Shown here: one piece after another, positions 1-11,078 of the stretch | Numbering within the stretch: position 1 is the first letter of the stretch | Layout of the letters: each line of letters begins with the position of its first letter | NCBI GenBank assembly: GCA_963719315.1 | Contig: CAVRBU010000002.1 | Coordinates: 1,152,001 to 1,216,000 of the forward strand | DNA: 64,000 bases | Direction: 5' to 3' | Origin: an uncultured Planctomycetota bacterium | GTDB lineage: Bacteria; Planctomycetota; Planctomycetia; Pirellulales; Lacipirellulaceae | Translations under genes and position numbers: made by a program | Notes under the pieces: generated by a model | The model's database searches: none | What the model saw: the letters and a program-made list of their open reading frames with translations, nothing else | What the model was told of the DNA's origin: nothing

Positions 1-476
1 CTGGTGATCGCGCCGCCGAACAAACCCCATACCAATAGTTCCCACACACCGCACAGCAGCAAGAACAAGAATCCTGTCGCCGTCAATTCACTGTGAAATA
101 ACAGGATGAAGGGACGCGTTACGTACAACCAAATCGAAATCGGGGCGCGCACCAGTGTGGAACTGGCAGCGGACTCAAAAACTTCGCTGGCACTGCGGGC
201 CCGTGTATTAACCCAAGGGTTCGGCAATCCCTTCTGGAACGAGTCTTCCCAAATGCCGAGATTCGTCGTGCGACGCCATTCGGAGATGACGGGATCGCTG
301 CTGCGCGAGAACATTCCCGCCAGCAGCCACCACCCCAGCATCGTCGCCAGCAGTCCCGCCGCGCCCAGCAACAGCACGCGAGCCATCAGCGAGATGCGGA
401 CCGAACGCGTCAATATCAGCCAGGGAAACAATTCGCTCCAAGCGACTTCGCGGATTTTCGTGGGTTGATCGGCCAT
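1..476 (-). CDS. Hypothetical membrane protein, runs off the window edge
   Basis: Translated by hand from ATG 476: MADQPTKIREVAWSELFPWLILTRSVRISLMARVLLLGAAGLL..., open to position 1 with several hydrophobic helices. Not in the ORF track because it has no stop in the window. Confidence 0.7.
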   Translation of the reverse strand, partial: MADQPTKIREVAWSELFPWLILTRSVRISLMARVLLLGAAGLLATMLGWWLLAGMFSRSSDPVISEWRRTTNLGIWEDSFQKGLPNPWVNTRARSASEVFESAASSTLVRAPISIWLYVTRPFILLFHSELTATGFLFLLLCGVWELLVWGLFGGAIT

Positions 477-616
477 GGCGTCCAGTAGGGGTTGGTACAT
501 CAGTGAGCGAGAGTCGCACGGCCCGATTATAAGCAAGGACGCGGCCGATGCCAGGAGCCAGTGAACTCGTTCGTATTCCGCAGTCTTTGGGAACGTCAGA
601 ATTCTTGCAAAAATCG

Positions 617-832
617 CTACTGGGGATTGTCGTCCCCGTTGCCACGGCGAGCCCAGTCATCGTCCGGTTTCTCGTCGGCTTCCGGATCGGGAATGACCGG
701 CAGTTGATACGTTTCGCCGAGCCAGCGGCCCAGATCGATCGTCCGGCAGCGCTCGCTGCAGAAGGGCATCGCCGGCGATGCGGCGGACTCGAATTCGCGG
801 TTGCAGACGGGACAACGCATGGGTTTGGGCAA
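617..832 (-). CDS. yacG: DNA gyrase inhibitor YacG
   Basis: CPVC...PFCSERCRTIDLGRWLGE-Y zinc-finger signature followed by an acidic tail. Confidence 0.92.
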   Translation of the reverse strand: MPKPMRCPVCNREFESAASPAMPFCSERCRTIDLGRWLGETYQLPVIPDPEADEKPDDDWARRGNGDDNPQ

Positions 833-881
833 TCAATCCGAGTTTAGCCGCGATGCCAAGGCTCGGCGCAGCGGAGCGCGA

Positions 882-2461
882 TCAGTATCCCGGCCAGCCG
901 CACCACACAAACCAATTGTAAAGCCACGGGTGAGTCCAAGGGTTCCAAGTTGGGTAACTCACCGAAAGCACCGACAGCGAAAGCAACACGGCCGCGAAGG
1001 CCTGCCCCACCGTGGAACGGGCCAAACGATCCGCCGCGGGAATCATCGTTACAAGCCACAGCGGCGCACACCAAAACATCCAACGGAAGCCACTCGTCAT
1101 GCCGCCGTAATTGCGGTCTTCTTGCGGCGCATACCGATCAGGAAAACGAGGCAAACCACACTTACGCCGAGCGTGAGTAGCGCGAGTTCACGGCGTAGGC
1201 CGTCTGGCGAGGCGAGCCACATGATTGCCCCGGCCAAACTGATCAGCCAAATCGGCGTCAGCGAGAATATGCCGTGGTGCCCAATCAGGCAATTCACCGC
1301 ATAAGTCACCTTCGATGGCTCGCCGCGATCGATGCCCTGGCGATCGAGCCAGTAACTCTTCACTTCCCGGCCGTTGACAGTGTACGTGTAGCTGTACCAA
1401 TTTTCGTTCGGATCGCTGTCGCTGCGAAACGCATACGGCGGCAAAAAGCGATCGTGGGCAATCCAATTGGTGCCAAAAAATGCGCCCGCCACGATCGCCA
1501 CGCCGGGAGTAAACGCAATCAGTGTTTGGCGCGGAACATGCCACAGCAACCCCAGTCCTACGGCTGCGAGCAGCGATGCGGCGGGAAGGTCGTTGGTGAC
1601 CGTAAATGCCGCGGCGAGACCAGCCAGGAAGAAATACCAGAACCGGCGCTCGCCATCGTACAGAATTCGAACGCATAGGTAGATCGTGACCGTCGCACTG
1701 ACGGCTGCGATGAGATGGTTGTTCAGCGTGACGGCAAACGTGCTGAGAAATGTGCCAAACGTCGCCGCCGCCATTACGAAAATGCGGCCCCAATCGGTCG
1801 TGCCGAATCGCTCCACCATTTTGGCCAGCAAAACGTACATCAATATCAGCGGCAAGATGTTGATCGAAAACAGCATGACCCGGTCGATTTCATAAGGAAA
1901 ATCGCGGATCGTCGCGCCACTGAAGCGGTTGATCACCCAGTATTCGCCGGCAAGCAACGTGGCGAGCAGCGGCGGCTTGCTGGAGTAGAGGTGTAACTCG
2001 CCGTCCCGGCCGCGATGCTGGACCATATCGATCGTGTCCCACGTGGGCTGCCCGACAATGTCGTCGATTTCATACGTGCCGCGCTCGACCAACGAGCGAA
2101 TCGTCATCCAGCGACTGCGGTCATTGGCGCTGAGGAACGGCCGCTGCAGTTGCAGGGCATTGCGGAGGCGGGCCTCTTCGACGGCCATGCGAGCTTCCAA
2201 TTCTTCGCCGCCGACGCCTTCTTCAGCTAATTCTTTTCGCTGGGCCGCAATGCGATCCTTGATCCGCGACTTTTCTAGCTGCACCTTATCGACCGAGTTG
2301 ACCGATAACAGCCGGCCCGTCATGTTGCCGACGGCGATCGCAATCAGCAACAGGTAGACGCCCCAACGGACGTTCGCGGAAAGCGCCGCGCCGTGTTCAG
2401 GCAGCGCACCCTCGCTCCTCGCTCCTTCCTCCTCGCCCCTTTTTTTTGTCGCGTCGCTCAT
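882..2461 (-). CDS. Multi-pass membrane protein, possibly a GT-C-fold glycosyltransferase, with a frameshift near 1125
   Basis: ATG 2461 overlaps the stop of the upstream GT2 gene (ATGA). ORF 1097..2650 joins ORF 882..1154 if one base is restored (...IGMRPQEDRNYGGMTSGFRW...). Many TM helices. Confidence 0.65.
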
Positions 2462-3477
2462 TTGGTATCGGTCCGCGGAATTGCAAGCGAGCCCTTGTCC
2501 CCTGCTCCCTGCTCCTTGCTCCCTGCCTCTGGCGACGTGTGTTCGGCGATCGAGTACGTGTCGGTGTCGCGGACCCAATGGGCGGCAATCATTTCGCCCA
2601 GCAGCCCGACGGACAAAAACTGAGCGCCGATGATGAACAGCCCGAGGCAATAGAATAGTGCCGCCGTCTCATGCAGATTTTTCGGTGTCCAACCGCTGAT
2701 CGTGCGAGTCAGCACCCATTCGACGGCCAGATACGCCATTCCCACGCCGCCCAGCATGAATGCAATCAATCCGGCGGTGCCTAGCATGTGCTGCGGGCGC
2801 TGGCCGTAGCCGACGATGAACTTTACGGTCAGCAGATCGAGCAATCCTTTGGTGAGGCGCGAAACCCCATACTTGGACTTACCATATTTGCGCGGCCGAT
2901 GGGCGACCACGACTTCGCCCACGCGAAAGCCTTTAGCCGCAGCCAATACCGGCACGAACCGATGCAACTCGCCGTACAATCGGATCTCGTGCATTACCTC
3001 GCGGCGATACGCCTTGAGCCCGCAATTGTGATCGTGCAAGTGCACGCCCATCAGGTGGCTCACGAGCCAGTTGAAGACGCGCGACGGGAGCACTTTGTGC
3101 CAAGGGTCGTGCCGTTCACGCTTCCAGCCGCTGACAACGTCGAAGCCTTCATCGATTTTGGCCAGGAGATTGGCGATCTCAGCCGGGTCGTCCTGGAGAT
3201 CGCCGTCCATCGTCACGATACGTTCGCCTTCGGCCGCGAGGAAACCGGCGCTCATCGCAGCGGCTTTGCCGAAGTTGCGGCGCAGGCGGATGCCAAGGAT
3301 TCGCGGGTCGTCAGCCGCCAGTCGGGAGATCACGGACCAGGTGCCATCGGTCGAGCCGTCGTCCACGATGATCGTTTGCAGGTCATACCCCCGCTCCACG
3401 GCAACCTGATCGAGCTCGCTCACCAATTGCGGTAAGCTTTCGGCTTCGTCGAGGCTGGGAATGATGACGGAGAGCAT
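2458..3477 (-). CDS. Glycosyltransferase family 2, ArnC/polyprenol-phosphate type
   Basis: SVIIP, VDDGSTD, RNFGKAAA, MDGDLQDDP motifs and two C-terminal TM helices. Confidence 0.92.
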   Translation of the reverse strand: MLSVIIPSLDEAESLPQLVSELDQVAVERGYDLQTIIVDDGSTDGTWSVISRLAADDPRILGIRLRRNFGKAAAMSAGFLAAEGERIVTMDGDLQDDPAEIANLLAKIDEGFDVVSGWKRERHDPWHKVLPSRVFNWLVSHLMGVHLHDHNCGLKAYRREVMHEIRLYGELHRFVPVLAAAKGFRVGEVVVAHRPRKYGKSKYGVSRLTKGLLDLLTVKFIVGYGQRPQHMLGTAGLIAFMLGGVGMAYLAVEWVLTRTISGWTPKNLHETAALFYCLGLFIIGAQFLSVGLLGEMIAAHWVRDTDTYSIAEHTSPEAGSKEQGAGDKGSLAIPRTDTK

Positions 3478-3526
3478 TGTGGCCGGTGATTTGTGCGGAA
3501 GGGAGGCGATGGGTGATCGAGCCGCG

Positions 3527-4525
3527 CTAAGCTGTGTGCGGTGTGACGCGGTTAATCTTCATTTGCACCGCTACATACAGGATACCACAGACGGCTAGCT
3601 CCGACATCAGCCAAACGAGTCGCATCAGCACGGCGGCGACCAGGGCGTTGGCTTCTCCACAGACCGGGGTCAGCAGTTGCATCAAAAGTGCATCGCGCAC
3701 TCCCAGACCGGCCGGAAGTTGCGACAGAAATCCGGCGACGACGGAGAATGCCACGGCGGCAAGCAAGCGCGGCAGGTCGATGAGCGGCGAAAGGCCCTCG
3801 ACTCCGATCGCGCGGAGCACTGCCCACAAACTAACCGCTTGGAGCAACCAACAGAGTGTGGCGGCAAACCAGCCCTTGGCCAACAGACTGAAATCGATCG
3901 CTTGTAGGCTCTGACCGACGTTTGTCGCGTTCGGCCCCGCTGCCGTTGACGATAATTCGGATTCATCGCGCCGCATAAGACCGAGACTGGCCAACCACCG
4001 CGCGATGGGCGGCAATGTTGGGGCTCCGGCTGCCAGCGCCATGCCGACAGCAGCGAGCGAAACAATGAGATCTAATTTCAACACGAGCACTGATATGACC
4101 GCCGCCAGAAACGCCCCGACCGCCATCATGGTCAATGTTTCCAGCAGCGCGCTGATGAGCGCGATTCGCGTGGAAGGCACCCACCGACGGATGGTGGTCA
4201 CGCGGAGGATTACGGACATCGCCTTGCCCGGCACGTATTTGCCCAGATGCCCAAGAAAGTACGAACACATCGCAGGCAGAAGTGGCGTCGGGTAGCCTAG
4301 CGCGGCGAGCGTGCGTTGCCAAAACCAGCCCATCGGGGCGAGTGCCAACGCATAGATCGCGCCGGAAGCGATCAGCCACCCGGGCTGCACTTCCCACTCG
4401 TGCTCCGAGAGTCGGGAATAACCACTTCGCACCGAGCCGCTGACGAACCAGCCGACGAGCGCAAGGGCGAGGAGCCTCAATGTCCAAACAAGCGCTAAGC
4501 GGGATGATTTTGCAGTGTGCGTCAC
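3527..4525 (-). CDS. Lysylphosphatidylglycerol-synthase TM domain / flippase-like protein
   Basis: LGKYVPGK and PAGLGVRD motifs, multi-TM. GTG 4525 chosen as start within ORF 3527..4762. Confidence 0.8.
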   Translation of the reverse strand: MTHTAKSSRLALVWTLRLLALALVGWFVSGSVRSGYSRLSEHEWEVQPGWLIASGAIYALALAPMGWFWQRTLAALGYPTPLLPAMCSYFLGHLGKYVPGKAMSVILRVTTIRRWVPSTRIALISALLETLTMMAVGAFLAAVISVLVLKLDLIVSLAAVGMALAAGAPTLPPIARWLASLGLMRRDESELSSTAAGPNATNVGQSLQAIDFSLLAKGWFAATLCWLLQAVSLWAVLRAIGVEGLSPLIDLPRLLAAVAFSVVAGFLSQLPAGLGVRDALLMQLLTPVCGEANALVAAVLMRLVWLMSELAVCGILYVAVQMKINRVTPHTA

Positions 4526-4748
4526 TAGATTGGGCTGCCGCGATGCACTTGCCGTAGGAGTGTAGTCCGCTCGCTCCGCGAGCGAGAAAACGTCTCGCGG
4601 AACGAGACAACCACACTCGATTGTCTCGGAAAGTGGCCGTCGGCCACAAGATTGCCCGTGGGGGAACGAACCAAGTTTGTTAGAATGCTGGACAATCGAA
4701 AGTGAGCGACGCCGGACCGCGTCGCAGCGAATTGCCAAGGAGGCCGTT

Positions 4749-6095
4749 GTGCCGCGCGTCATCTCGTTTATCGTCCTGCTGGCGATCGTTCTTTTGGTCG
4801 GCGCGGTTTTCTTTCAGGTCATGGCACAATTCATCGTGCCGTTGTTTCTAGCCTGCGTGCTACTGGTCGTATTTCAGCCGTTGCACCGTTGGATTCTCAA
4901 TCATTTACCGAAGCATCCGCGACTCTCCGCTCTTGTCACGACAGTCCTGATTCTGCTGGTCGTGCTGTTGCCGCTCGTGTGGTTGGGGTGGAACGCTTAC
5001 GGCGAACTGAGTGACCTGGCCAATCCAGAGATTAACGCCGCGACAGCTCTAGCGGGCCAGGCCACCGTCGATAAGGAGGCAAATGAGCCACCCACCAAAT
5101 TGACGATTAAGAACGAAAACAAGTTAATCGACAAAGTCAATAGTGTCGCCATTCAAATGCGCGACGATCTCTACAGAATCACGAATGTTCATGTTTCCGA
5201 TGAATATGTGTACGAGCTTGTCGCTTCCGCACAGTCGTTCCTAACATCAAAAGCGCTGAGCGGCTTGCAAACGGCGCTGGGCATTCTTTTCGGCCTGGCG
5301 ATCATGGTGATCTCGCTGTATTACTTCTTAGCCGACGGGCCGACAATGATCGACGCGGTGATGGACCTGTCGCCGCTCGACGCTCGATATGAGCAAGAGT
5401 TATTGAAACGTTTCGGCGACGTTAGCTGGGCCGTGGTCGTGGCCACGCTGCTCTCCGCTCTCGTTCAAGGTGCGCTGGCCTGCATCGGCTACTATTTTGC
5501 ATTGCCGATCACGGCCCCAATCTACTTGTTGACGGCCGTCACTATGGTTACGGCACTGGTGCCGTTCGTCGGCGCCGCTGCCACGTGGATTTGCGTGTGC
5601 GGCTGGATCTATCTCTATGGCGATCGGATCGTCGACGGCCAACACGTGCAGGGCAACCCGACGACGGCGATTATCCTGGCCATCTACTGCACGGTCGTCG
5701 TGTCGGGGATCGACAACGTCATCAAACCGTACATCTTGCACGGGCAGTCAAAGCTCCACCCCCTGCTAGCACTCTTAAGCATTTTGGGCGGCGTGCAAGT
5801 TTTGGGGCCGGTCGGCATTTTGGTGGGACCGATGCTGGTATCGTTCTTGCAAGCACTCCTCAATATGTTGCGCAAAGAATTGGATTCATTCAGCGGGACG
5901 GTAGAGGATGTCTCAAAACCGCTAGCAGAGTCCGTTGCCGACGTGATTCAAAAGGCAGTTGACGAAAATGACGATATAGCGGGCAAGCCAAAGGACGAAG
6001 CGGCTGGGGCCAAACCGCCAGCGCGACAGAGTGCCAAATCAACGCCAGCGACCGGCGATGCTCGACGCGCGCAGCGCGCAAAACGCAAAAGATAG
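4749..6095 (+). CDS. AI-2E (PerM) family transporter
   Basis: AAGGAGG RBS before GTG 4749; LVPFVG, IDNVIKP, LHPLL, GILVGP motifs. Confidence 0.9.
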   Translation: MPRVISFIVLLAIVLLVGAVFFQVMAQFIVPLFLACVLLVVFQPLHRWILNHLPKHPRLSALVTTVLILLVVLLPLVWLGWNAYGELSDLANPEINAATALAGQATVDKEANEPPTKLTIKNENKLIDKVNSVAIQMRDDLYRITNVHVSDEYVYELVASAQSFLTSKALSGLQTALGILFGLAIMVISLYYFLADGPTMIDAVMDLSPLDARYEQELLKRFGDVSWAVVVATLLSALVQGALACIGYYFALPITAPIYLLTAVTMVTALVPFVGAAATWICVCGWIYLYGDRIVDGQHVQGNPTTAIILAIYCTVVVSGIDNVIKPYILHGQSKLHPLLALLSILGGVQVLGPVGILVGPMLVSFLQALLNMLRKELDSFSGTVEDVSKPLAESVADVIQKAVDENDDIAGKPKDEAAGAKPPARQSAKSTPATGDARRAQRAKRKR

Positions 6096-6237
6096 ATGGG
6101 AGACGCGCAATCGGCTCAAACCTCGCTACTTGTCTAGCTGATTTTCGCCGTTCTGGCGTAGAATGTGGCCCCGGTTAAGCGTTGTGGAAAACGCTCAGCC
6201 GGTGCCGATTCAAACATTCCACGAAAGAGGGATCGCA

Positions 6238-7395
6238 ATGGACGTTGCACGGGTGTGGCTCGTTTTGACGGTCGTAGTCGCTGTTTGGAACCCCTTGGAA
6301 GTGGCGGCCCAATCGTGGTCGGGAGGTGCTTCGTCCGCGCCGCCTGCAACAAGTTATGACCGCTACGGTCAACCGATCGCGCCGAGCCCCCCGTCGATCT
6401 CGCAGCGCGCTCAGAATGCGTTTTCGGACACCGGTTCCGCCCTCCGCGATGGCATGGAGGCAGGCATTCGAGCGGGCGAACAATCGATTAATGGCGCGGT
6501 AGGTACGGGAACAACAAGCACGTCGGCACGGGGCGGCACATCAGTGCCCTGGACTGCCCTGCCAACCACGAATGCGACCACGCCAAACTGGACTTCGAAT
6601 CCGGCGACCCCCGGCTTGACTCCGCTTCGTGGCGCCTCGCCTACCGTAACAGCGATCGACGGCGGCTGGACGAGTATCGGCACCGCGATCGCCGCGCCAC
6701 CGCTGCTCGTCCCACAATCGCCCATGGCCACGGCCAACATTGGCAACGCGGGCGGGCCAAGCACCAGCAATGGAACGAGCTACCCCGCGGTGGCTTCGAA
6801 TAATTCAACGCCGCTACATAGCGTGTTGGCGGATCCAGCACGACCGGCAGCTACAACGCCAACCAATACTCCCGACAGTTGGGCCTCCGGTTGGGGCGAT
6901 AACTCGGGCAGTTCAGTCGCGACCATCGGGCGGAACGGCAGCGCCGGCTCGGTGCGAGATTCCGGCCTGGCCCCGTTGCACCCCGTGGCCGGCTCGTCAT
7001 TGCCGGATGATTCGTGGGCCCTTCCGGCTCAGCCTACATTGGGGCCGGCGAACGGAACTGCCTCGGCCAGCAGACCCGTATCGACTCTTAATACGAATAG
7101 CAGTCCTTTTCGCGGCAACACGCTGCCAAACAGTCAATTCGCCAGCCAACCCAACAATACCCAATCGCTGAATGGGCAGAACATGAACAAGATTCCGCGA
7201 AATCAAACGCTTGTAAATGGTTCGACCGAGCCGCAGCCCTGGATGCCGCTAATCGCGTCGGTGCTGACGCTCGCGGGTTCGCTCGCCGCCAATCTCTACC
7301 TCGGCGTGAGCTACCTCGATGCCCGCCAGAAGTACCAATCGCTCGTGCGAAAGACGGCCGACACGTTCCGCCGCGTGAAAGCGGTCGCCGCGTAG
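6238..7395 (+). CDS. Hypothetical exported low-complexity protein with C-terminal TM helix
   Basis: Signal-peptide-like N terminus, S/T/P/G/N-rich body, TM segment (LIASVLTLAGSLAANLYLGV) and basic tail. Confidence 0.7.
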   Translation: MDVARVWLVLTVVVAVWNPLEVAAQSWSGGASSAPPATSYDRYGQPIAPSPPSISQRAQNAFSDTGSALRDGMEAGIRAGEQSINGAVGTGTTSTSARGGTSVPWTALPTTNATTPNWTSNPATPGLTPLRGASPTVTAIDGGWTSIGTAIAAPPLLVPQSPMATANIGNAGGPSTSNGTSYPAVASNNSTPLHSVLADPARPAATTPTNTPDSWASGWGDNSGSSVATIGRNGSAGSVRDSGLAPLHPVAGSSLPDDSWALPAQPTLGPANGTASASRPVSTLNTNSSPFRGNTLPNSQFASQPNNTQSLNGQNMNKIPRNQTLVNGSTEPQPWMPLIASVLTLAGSLAANLYLGVSYLDARQKYQSLVRKTADTFRRVKAVAA

Positions 7396-7409
7396 TCAAC
7401 TTCAGCGAT

Positions 7410-7490
7410 GGGTGGCCGGGGTCGAGTCCGCCGCGGCGGACGAGCCCCCAGTGCGGCTGGAGGGTCGTAGCACTCCACCAGCCTCCCCTA
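7410..7490. repeat. REP-like palindromic element, copy 1
   Basis: Homologous to the reverse complement of 35522..35600 (GGGTGGCyGGGGTsGAGTCCGCCGC...); lies between convergent genes. Confidence 0.7.
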
Positions 7491-7498
7491 CCAACTCG

Positions 7499-10400
7499 CT
7501 ACCAGCGTTGGCGGATTTCCGGTTCGGGCAGCCAACCGCTCGTTGGATTCTCTTCGCGATGATGGACGCCGTTCGTGCCGTTGGACGCGGGACTGTCCCA
7601 CCAATACTCGACCTCGCTGACGGCGGGGGGCAACTCGGGTTCTCCCAACTCTTCGTAGCTCACTTCTTCCAGTTCCTCGACGATTGCCGCCGGTTCTTCG
7701 ACCTTTTCAACAATACGTGGCTTCGGTTGTGACTTGACCTTAACGGGTTCCGGAATAGGCTCAGGCGCCGGCGCGACGGGCTCGGGTTGCGGCTCGACGA
7801 AAGCCACGACTGGCTCCGGCGCCGGTTCGGGCACGATTTCGGGTTGCGGTTCCTCGGGCAGCGCTTCGATTTCGCCGTGGCGATTCGGGATGCGGCGGGT
7901 ATCGACTTTGATGTCCTGGAACATTCGCCAGACGTGCTCGTGACACGTGAACACGAGCAACTGATGACCTTGTTTTGCGAAGTCTCGCAGGACCGAGCAG
8001 GCAGTGCGCGTGCGGCCGGCGTCATAGTTGACGAACACGTCGTCGAGGATCATCGGTAAGTGAATGCCGCGGCGGGCGTAGGCCGCAACGAGCGCCAATC
8101 GCAGGCTGACGAACAACTGCTCGCGCGTGCCGCGGCTGAGCACTTGCACGGAAAGCGACTGGCCTTCGGAGTTATCGACAAACAGAATGTCGTGGGCAAG
8201 CGGCGTCCAAATGCGGGTATATTTGCCGCCCGTAAGTTGACTCATATACTCCGAAGCTTCGCGGAGAGTTTCGGGTTGGCGATGTTGTTCGTATTCCTCG
8301 CGAATGCGTTCCAGAAACAAGCTGACGGCCGCCCGCTCGCGCCAGGCGGCAATCGCTTTTTTGATCTGTTGCTCGACGACATCGAGCTCGACCTGCTTGA
8401 TGGCGAGCGACTGATCGGCGGCCGAAGCGCGTTGCTGCTCGACCATCGCGCCGCGGCGTTGCAAAGCCTCCTTCAAACCGCGGTCGAGTTCTTCCGATTG
8501 AGTAGTGAGCGTCTCCCATTCGTGTTCGAGGCGGCCAATTTGATCGTCGGCCAGCAACGGCGCAAAGTCGGCCTCCGTACCGTGCCGACCGAGGGCGGCC
8601 GTGATTTCACGGGTCGTGGCAGCCCGCTTCTTGCGCAGTTCCTCGGCTTCATCCAGCTTGGCAGCCAGTTGGCGGAGCTCCGCCTCATCGGCCACGCCAC
8701 ATTTCTGGAACAGCGCTTCCCGGCGGCGACGATAGCCGATCGCGGCGTGAGCGTGCTTCAAGGCATCGACTCGAAGCGCTTTGGCTCGCTCGCGAATTCC
8801 TTGCCGCTGCTCCACACGCTGCATGTACTGATTGTATTGAGCCTTCAGGTGATCGAGCTGATCCAATGGCCGTGGGGACGGGCGGCTCGCCTGTCCCTCC
8901 TTGGCGGGCGCGCCGCCTGCCGCCACAAGACGCAGGTTCGTTTCCTCCGCCAGCGTAACAATTCGCTGGGATACGATCGCAAACTCGCGCTGGCGGCGCT
9001 GCATGTCGTCGCGGCGATTTTCGATTCGAGCTTCCAGCTCGGCCAGCCGTTCGCATTGGCCGGCCATCGTGGCCAGGTTTTCGGGCGTGACATTTTCCGG
9101 CAGGCCCAACGCACGAAGCCGCGATTTCCAATTCGCTAGGGCCGAAGCGTGTTTTTCTTCGGCCAGCTTCAATCGGCGATCGGCCGTAGTCATGGCCTGG
9201 GCAATTTCACGATGTTGGCTTTCGACCGGCAGGATCCGCTCGAGCTCGGCCAAGTGCCGCTCCGCGTGTTGCAGGCGCAGTGCGACCGAACCGCCACCGA
9301 GCGAAAGCGCGTGATCGAGCTCGGCCTGTTCCGCTTCCGTCGCTTCGATTTTGTCGACCAGCGTTTCGATCTGGTAGTGACAGGTGTCGAACCGTTCGGT
9401 GGCCGATGACTCCTTCAGAAACTTAAGCATTCCGGCGACGAGCGCACTCACGACGCCGCCGAGCGCGATCCAGCCCCCGTATTTTCCCATGACGGTGGCC
9501 GGCAACAACCACCACGCCACAGGCAATACGACGCCAGCGACGAACACGATCCCGAGAAAGACGAAAAGCTCGATCGGCACGACCTGCTCGTCGACTAGGT
9601 CCTGGGCCTGTTGTTGTAGCGATTCGGCTTCGCCGTGGGCGGCGGCGATGCGTTGTTCGAGCTGCTGGCGGCGGCGAAGCTGCGTCACCAGGTCGCCGGC
9701 CGCCTCCACGTCTTTCGGCAGGCCGAGTTTTTCGCCGCTCGTTGTGGCCGATTCGATTTGTGTGCGGAATTCATGCTCGCCCGTCTTGTGGATTTCGAGC
9801 TCGTGCTTGGCGGTGGCCACCATTTGGGCGGTAGCCTCGATCGCCCGCGATTGCGGCGTAAGCTGCTCGACGATATCGCTCGTGATCCGCGGCGGTAGTT
9901 TGCCGGCCCCCGTCCACTCGTGGGCCAGCCGCTCGCTTTCGCTCGCAAGTCGGGCCTCAAGGTGCTTCACTTCATCCGCCAGCTCGCCGCTGAGCCGCTC
10001 GACGGCCTGCAGCCAATCCTGTTGTTCGAGCAATGCTTCGAGGCGCTTGCCGTTGCGTACTAGGGCATCGTTGATGCCGAGCCGCTTGGCGTCGTCGCGA
10101 AGCTGATGACGCTGGCCTTTGAGGATGTCGCGTTGTCGTTCGTGCTCTTCGATCCGCTTATTGAAGTCATCGAGCGACTCGACTGTGCCTTCCTCGAGCG
10201 GATGCAGATTGGCGAAACGCTCGAGTTGGTCGTCGATCTTGCCGCGCTTGATCCACAGCGGCTTCAGGCTGATGGCGACTTCCAGCCGGCGGGCGCGAGC
10301 GGCGACTGCTTTCGCCTCCGATTGTCGGGCGTCGACTTCTTCGGCCAATTCCCGGAGTTTCACCGCGGATTGAGTCCAGCGGCGGCCTTTCGTGATCAGC

Positions 10401-11005
10401 TCCTCAAGCTCGCCGCGAAGTTGTTCTTGGTGCGACAGAAGCGAGCGGAGCTCAGATTTTTCTTCCCAGGAGTTCAGCAGACGCAGCCGCGTGCCTTCGA
10501 GCATGTGGATCACATCGTACAGCGAGATGCGATCCAGGCCGGAGGTGAGGCGGTACATCCATTGAGCGGCCGCCGTGTCGCTCAGCGAGTTGAGCTCCTG
10601 CACTTCGCGAAGACCGACGGCGAAAATGTTGTTGTACGTCGGTTCATCGACGTGCTCGAGCGCTTCGCGCAGCAGCCGGTCGCCCTGCTCTTCCCCGTTG
10701 GCGGTGACAATCGTGACTTTGCCAACGTCGGTCGGCCCACGGTCGGCATAGCGGCTGATCGTGAGCGGGCCATGATCCGTGTCCACCTTGAGCCAACCGC
10801 CCGGGCGACCGCCGACGACCGGCGGCAGATACCGCTCGCGCCGCATGGGCGACATACCGTACAGCACCGAACGCATGAACTGCATGAGCGTCGATTTGCC
10901 GGCTTCGTTCGGCCCATAGAAGACGGTCAGCTCGGGGGACAGGCCACGAAGCGTGAGGTCGTGCCACACGCCGAAGCCGTCGATTTTTAGATCGGTGATT
11001 TTCAT
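7499..11005 (-). CDS. YhaN-like Rad50/SbcC-type ATPase (AAA_27)
   Basis: Walker A GPNEAGKST, long coiled coils, signature LSRGTREQL, Walker B ILDDVFVNYD, H-loop FTCH. Confidence 0.9.
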   Translation of the reverse strand: MKITDLKIDGFGVWHDLTLRGLSPELTVFYGPNEAGKSTLMQFMRSVLYGMSPMRRERYLPPVVGGRPGGWLKVDTDHGPLTISRYADRGPTDVGKVTIVTANGEEQGDRLLREALEHVDEPTYNNIFAVGLREVQELNSLSDTAAAQWMYRLTSGLDRISLYDVIHMLEGTRLRLLNSWEEKSELRSLLSHQEQLRGELEELITKGRRWTQSAVKLRELAEEVDARQSEAKAVAARARRLEVAISLKPLWIKRGKIDDQLERFANLHPLEEGTVESLDDFNKRIEEHERQRDILKGQRHQLRDDAKRLGINDALVRNGKRLEALLEQQDWLQAVERLSGELADEVKHLEARLASESERLAHEWTGAGKLPPRITSDIVEQLTPQSRAIEATAQMVATAKHELEIHKTGEHEFRTQIESATTSGEKLGLPKDVEAAGDLVTQLRRRQQLEQRIAAAHGEAESLQQQAQDLVDEQVVPIELFVFLGIVFVAGVVLPVAWWLLPATVMGKYGGWIALGGVVSALVAGMLKFLKESSATERFDTCHYQIETLVDKIEATEAEQAELDHALSLGGGSVALRLQHAERHLAELERILPVESQHREIAQAMTTADRRLKLAEEKHASALANWKSRLRALGLPENVTPENLATMAGQCERLAELEARIENRRDDMQRRQREFAIVSQRIVTLAEETNLRLVAAGGAPAKEGQASRPSPRPLDQLDHLKAQYNQYMQRVEQRQGIRERAKALRVDALKHAHAAIGYRRRREALFQKCGVADEAELRQLAAKLDEAEELRKKRAATTREITAALGRHGTEADFAPLLADDQIGRLEHEWETLTTQSEELDRGLKEALQRRGAMVEQQRASAADQSLAIKQVELDVVEQQIKKAIAAWRERAAVSLFLERIREEYEQHRQPETLREASEYMSQLTGGKYTRIWTPLAHDILFVDNSEGQSLSVQVLSRGTREQLFVSLRLALVAAYARRGIHLPMILDDVFVNYDAGRTRTACSVLRDFAKQGHQLLVFTCHEHVWRMFQDIKVDTRRIPNRHGEIEALPEEPQPEIVPEPAPEPVVAFVEPQPEPVAPAPEPIPEPVKVKSQPKPRIVEKVEEPAAIVEELEEVSYEELGEPELPPAVSEVEYWWDSPASNGTNGVHHREENPTSGWLPEPEIRQRW

Positions 11006-11078
11006 GTTAGTCGAATGTCAAGAGTCGAGAGCCAGCATTTTTGTGCTCAACACAATTAGCCGCACATTAGCCGCGACT

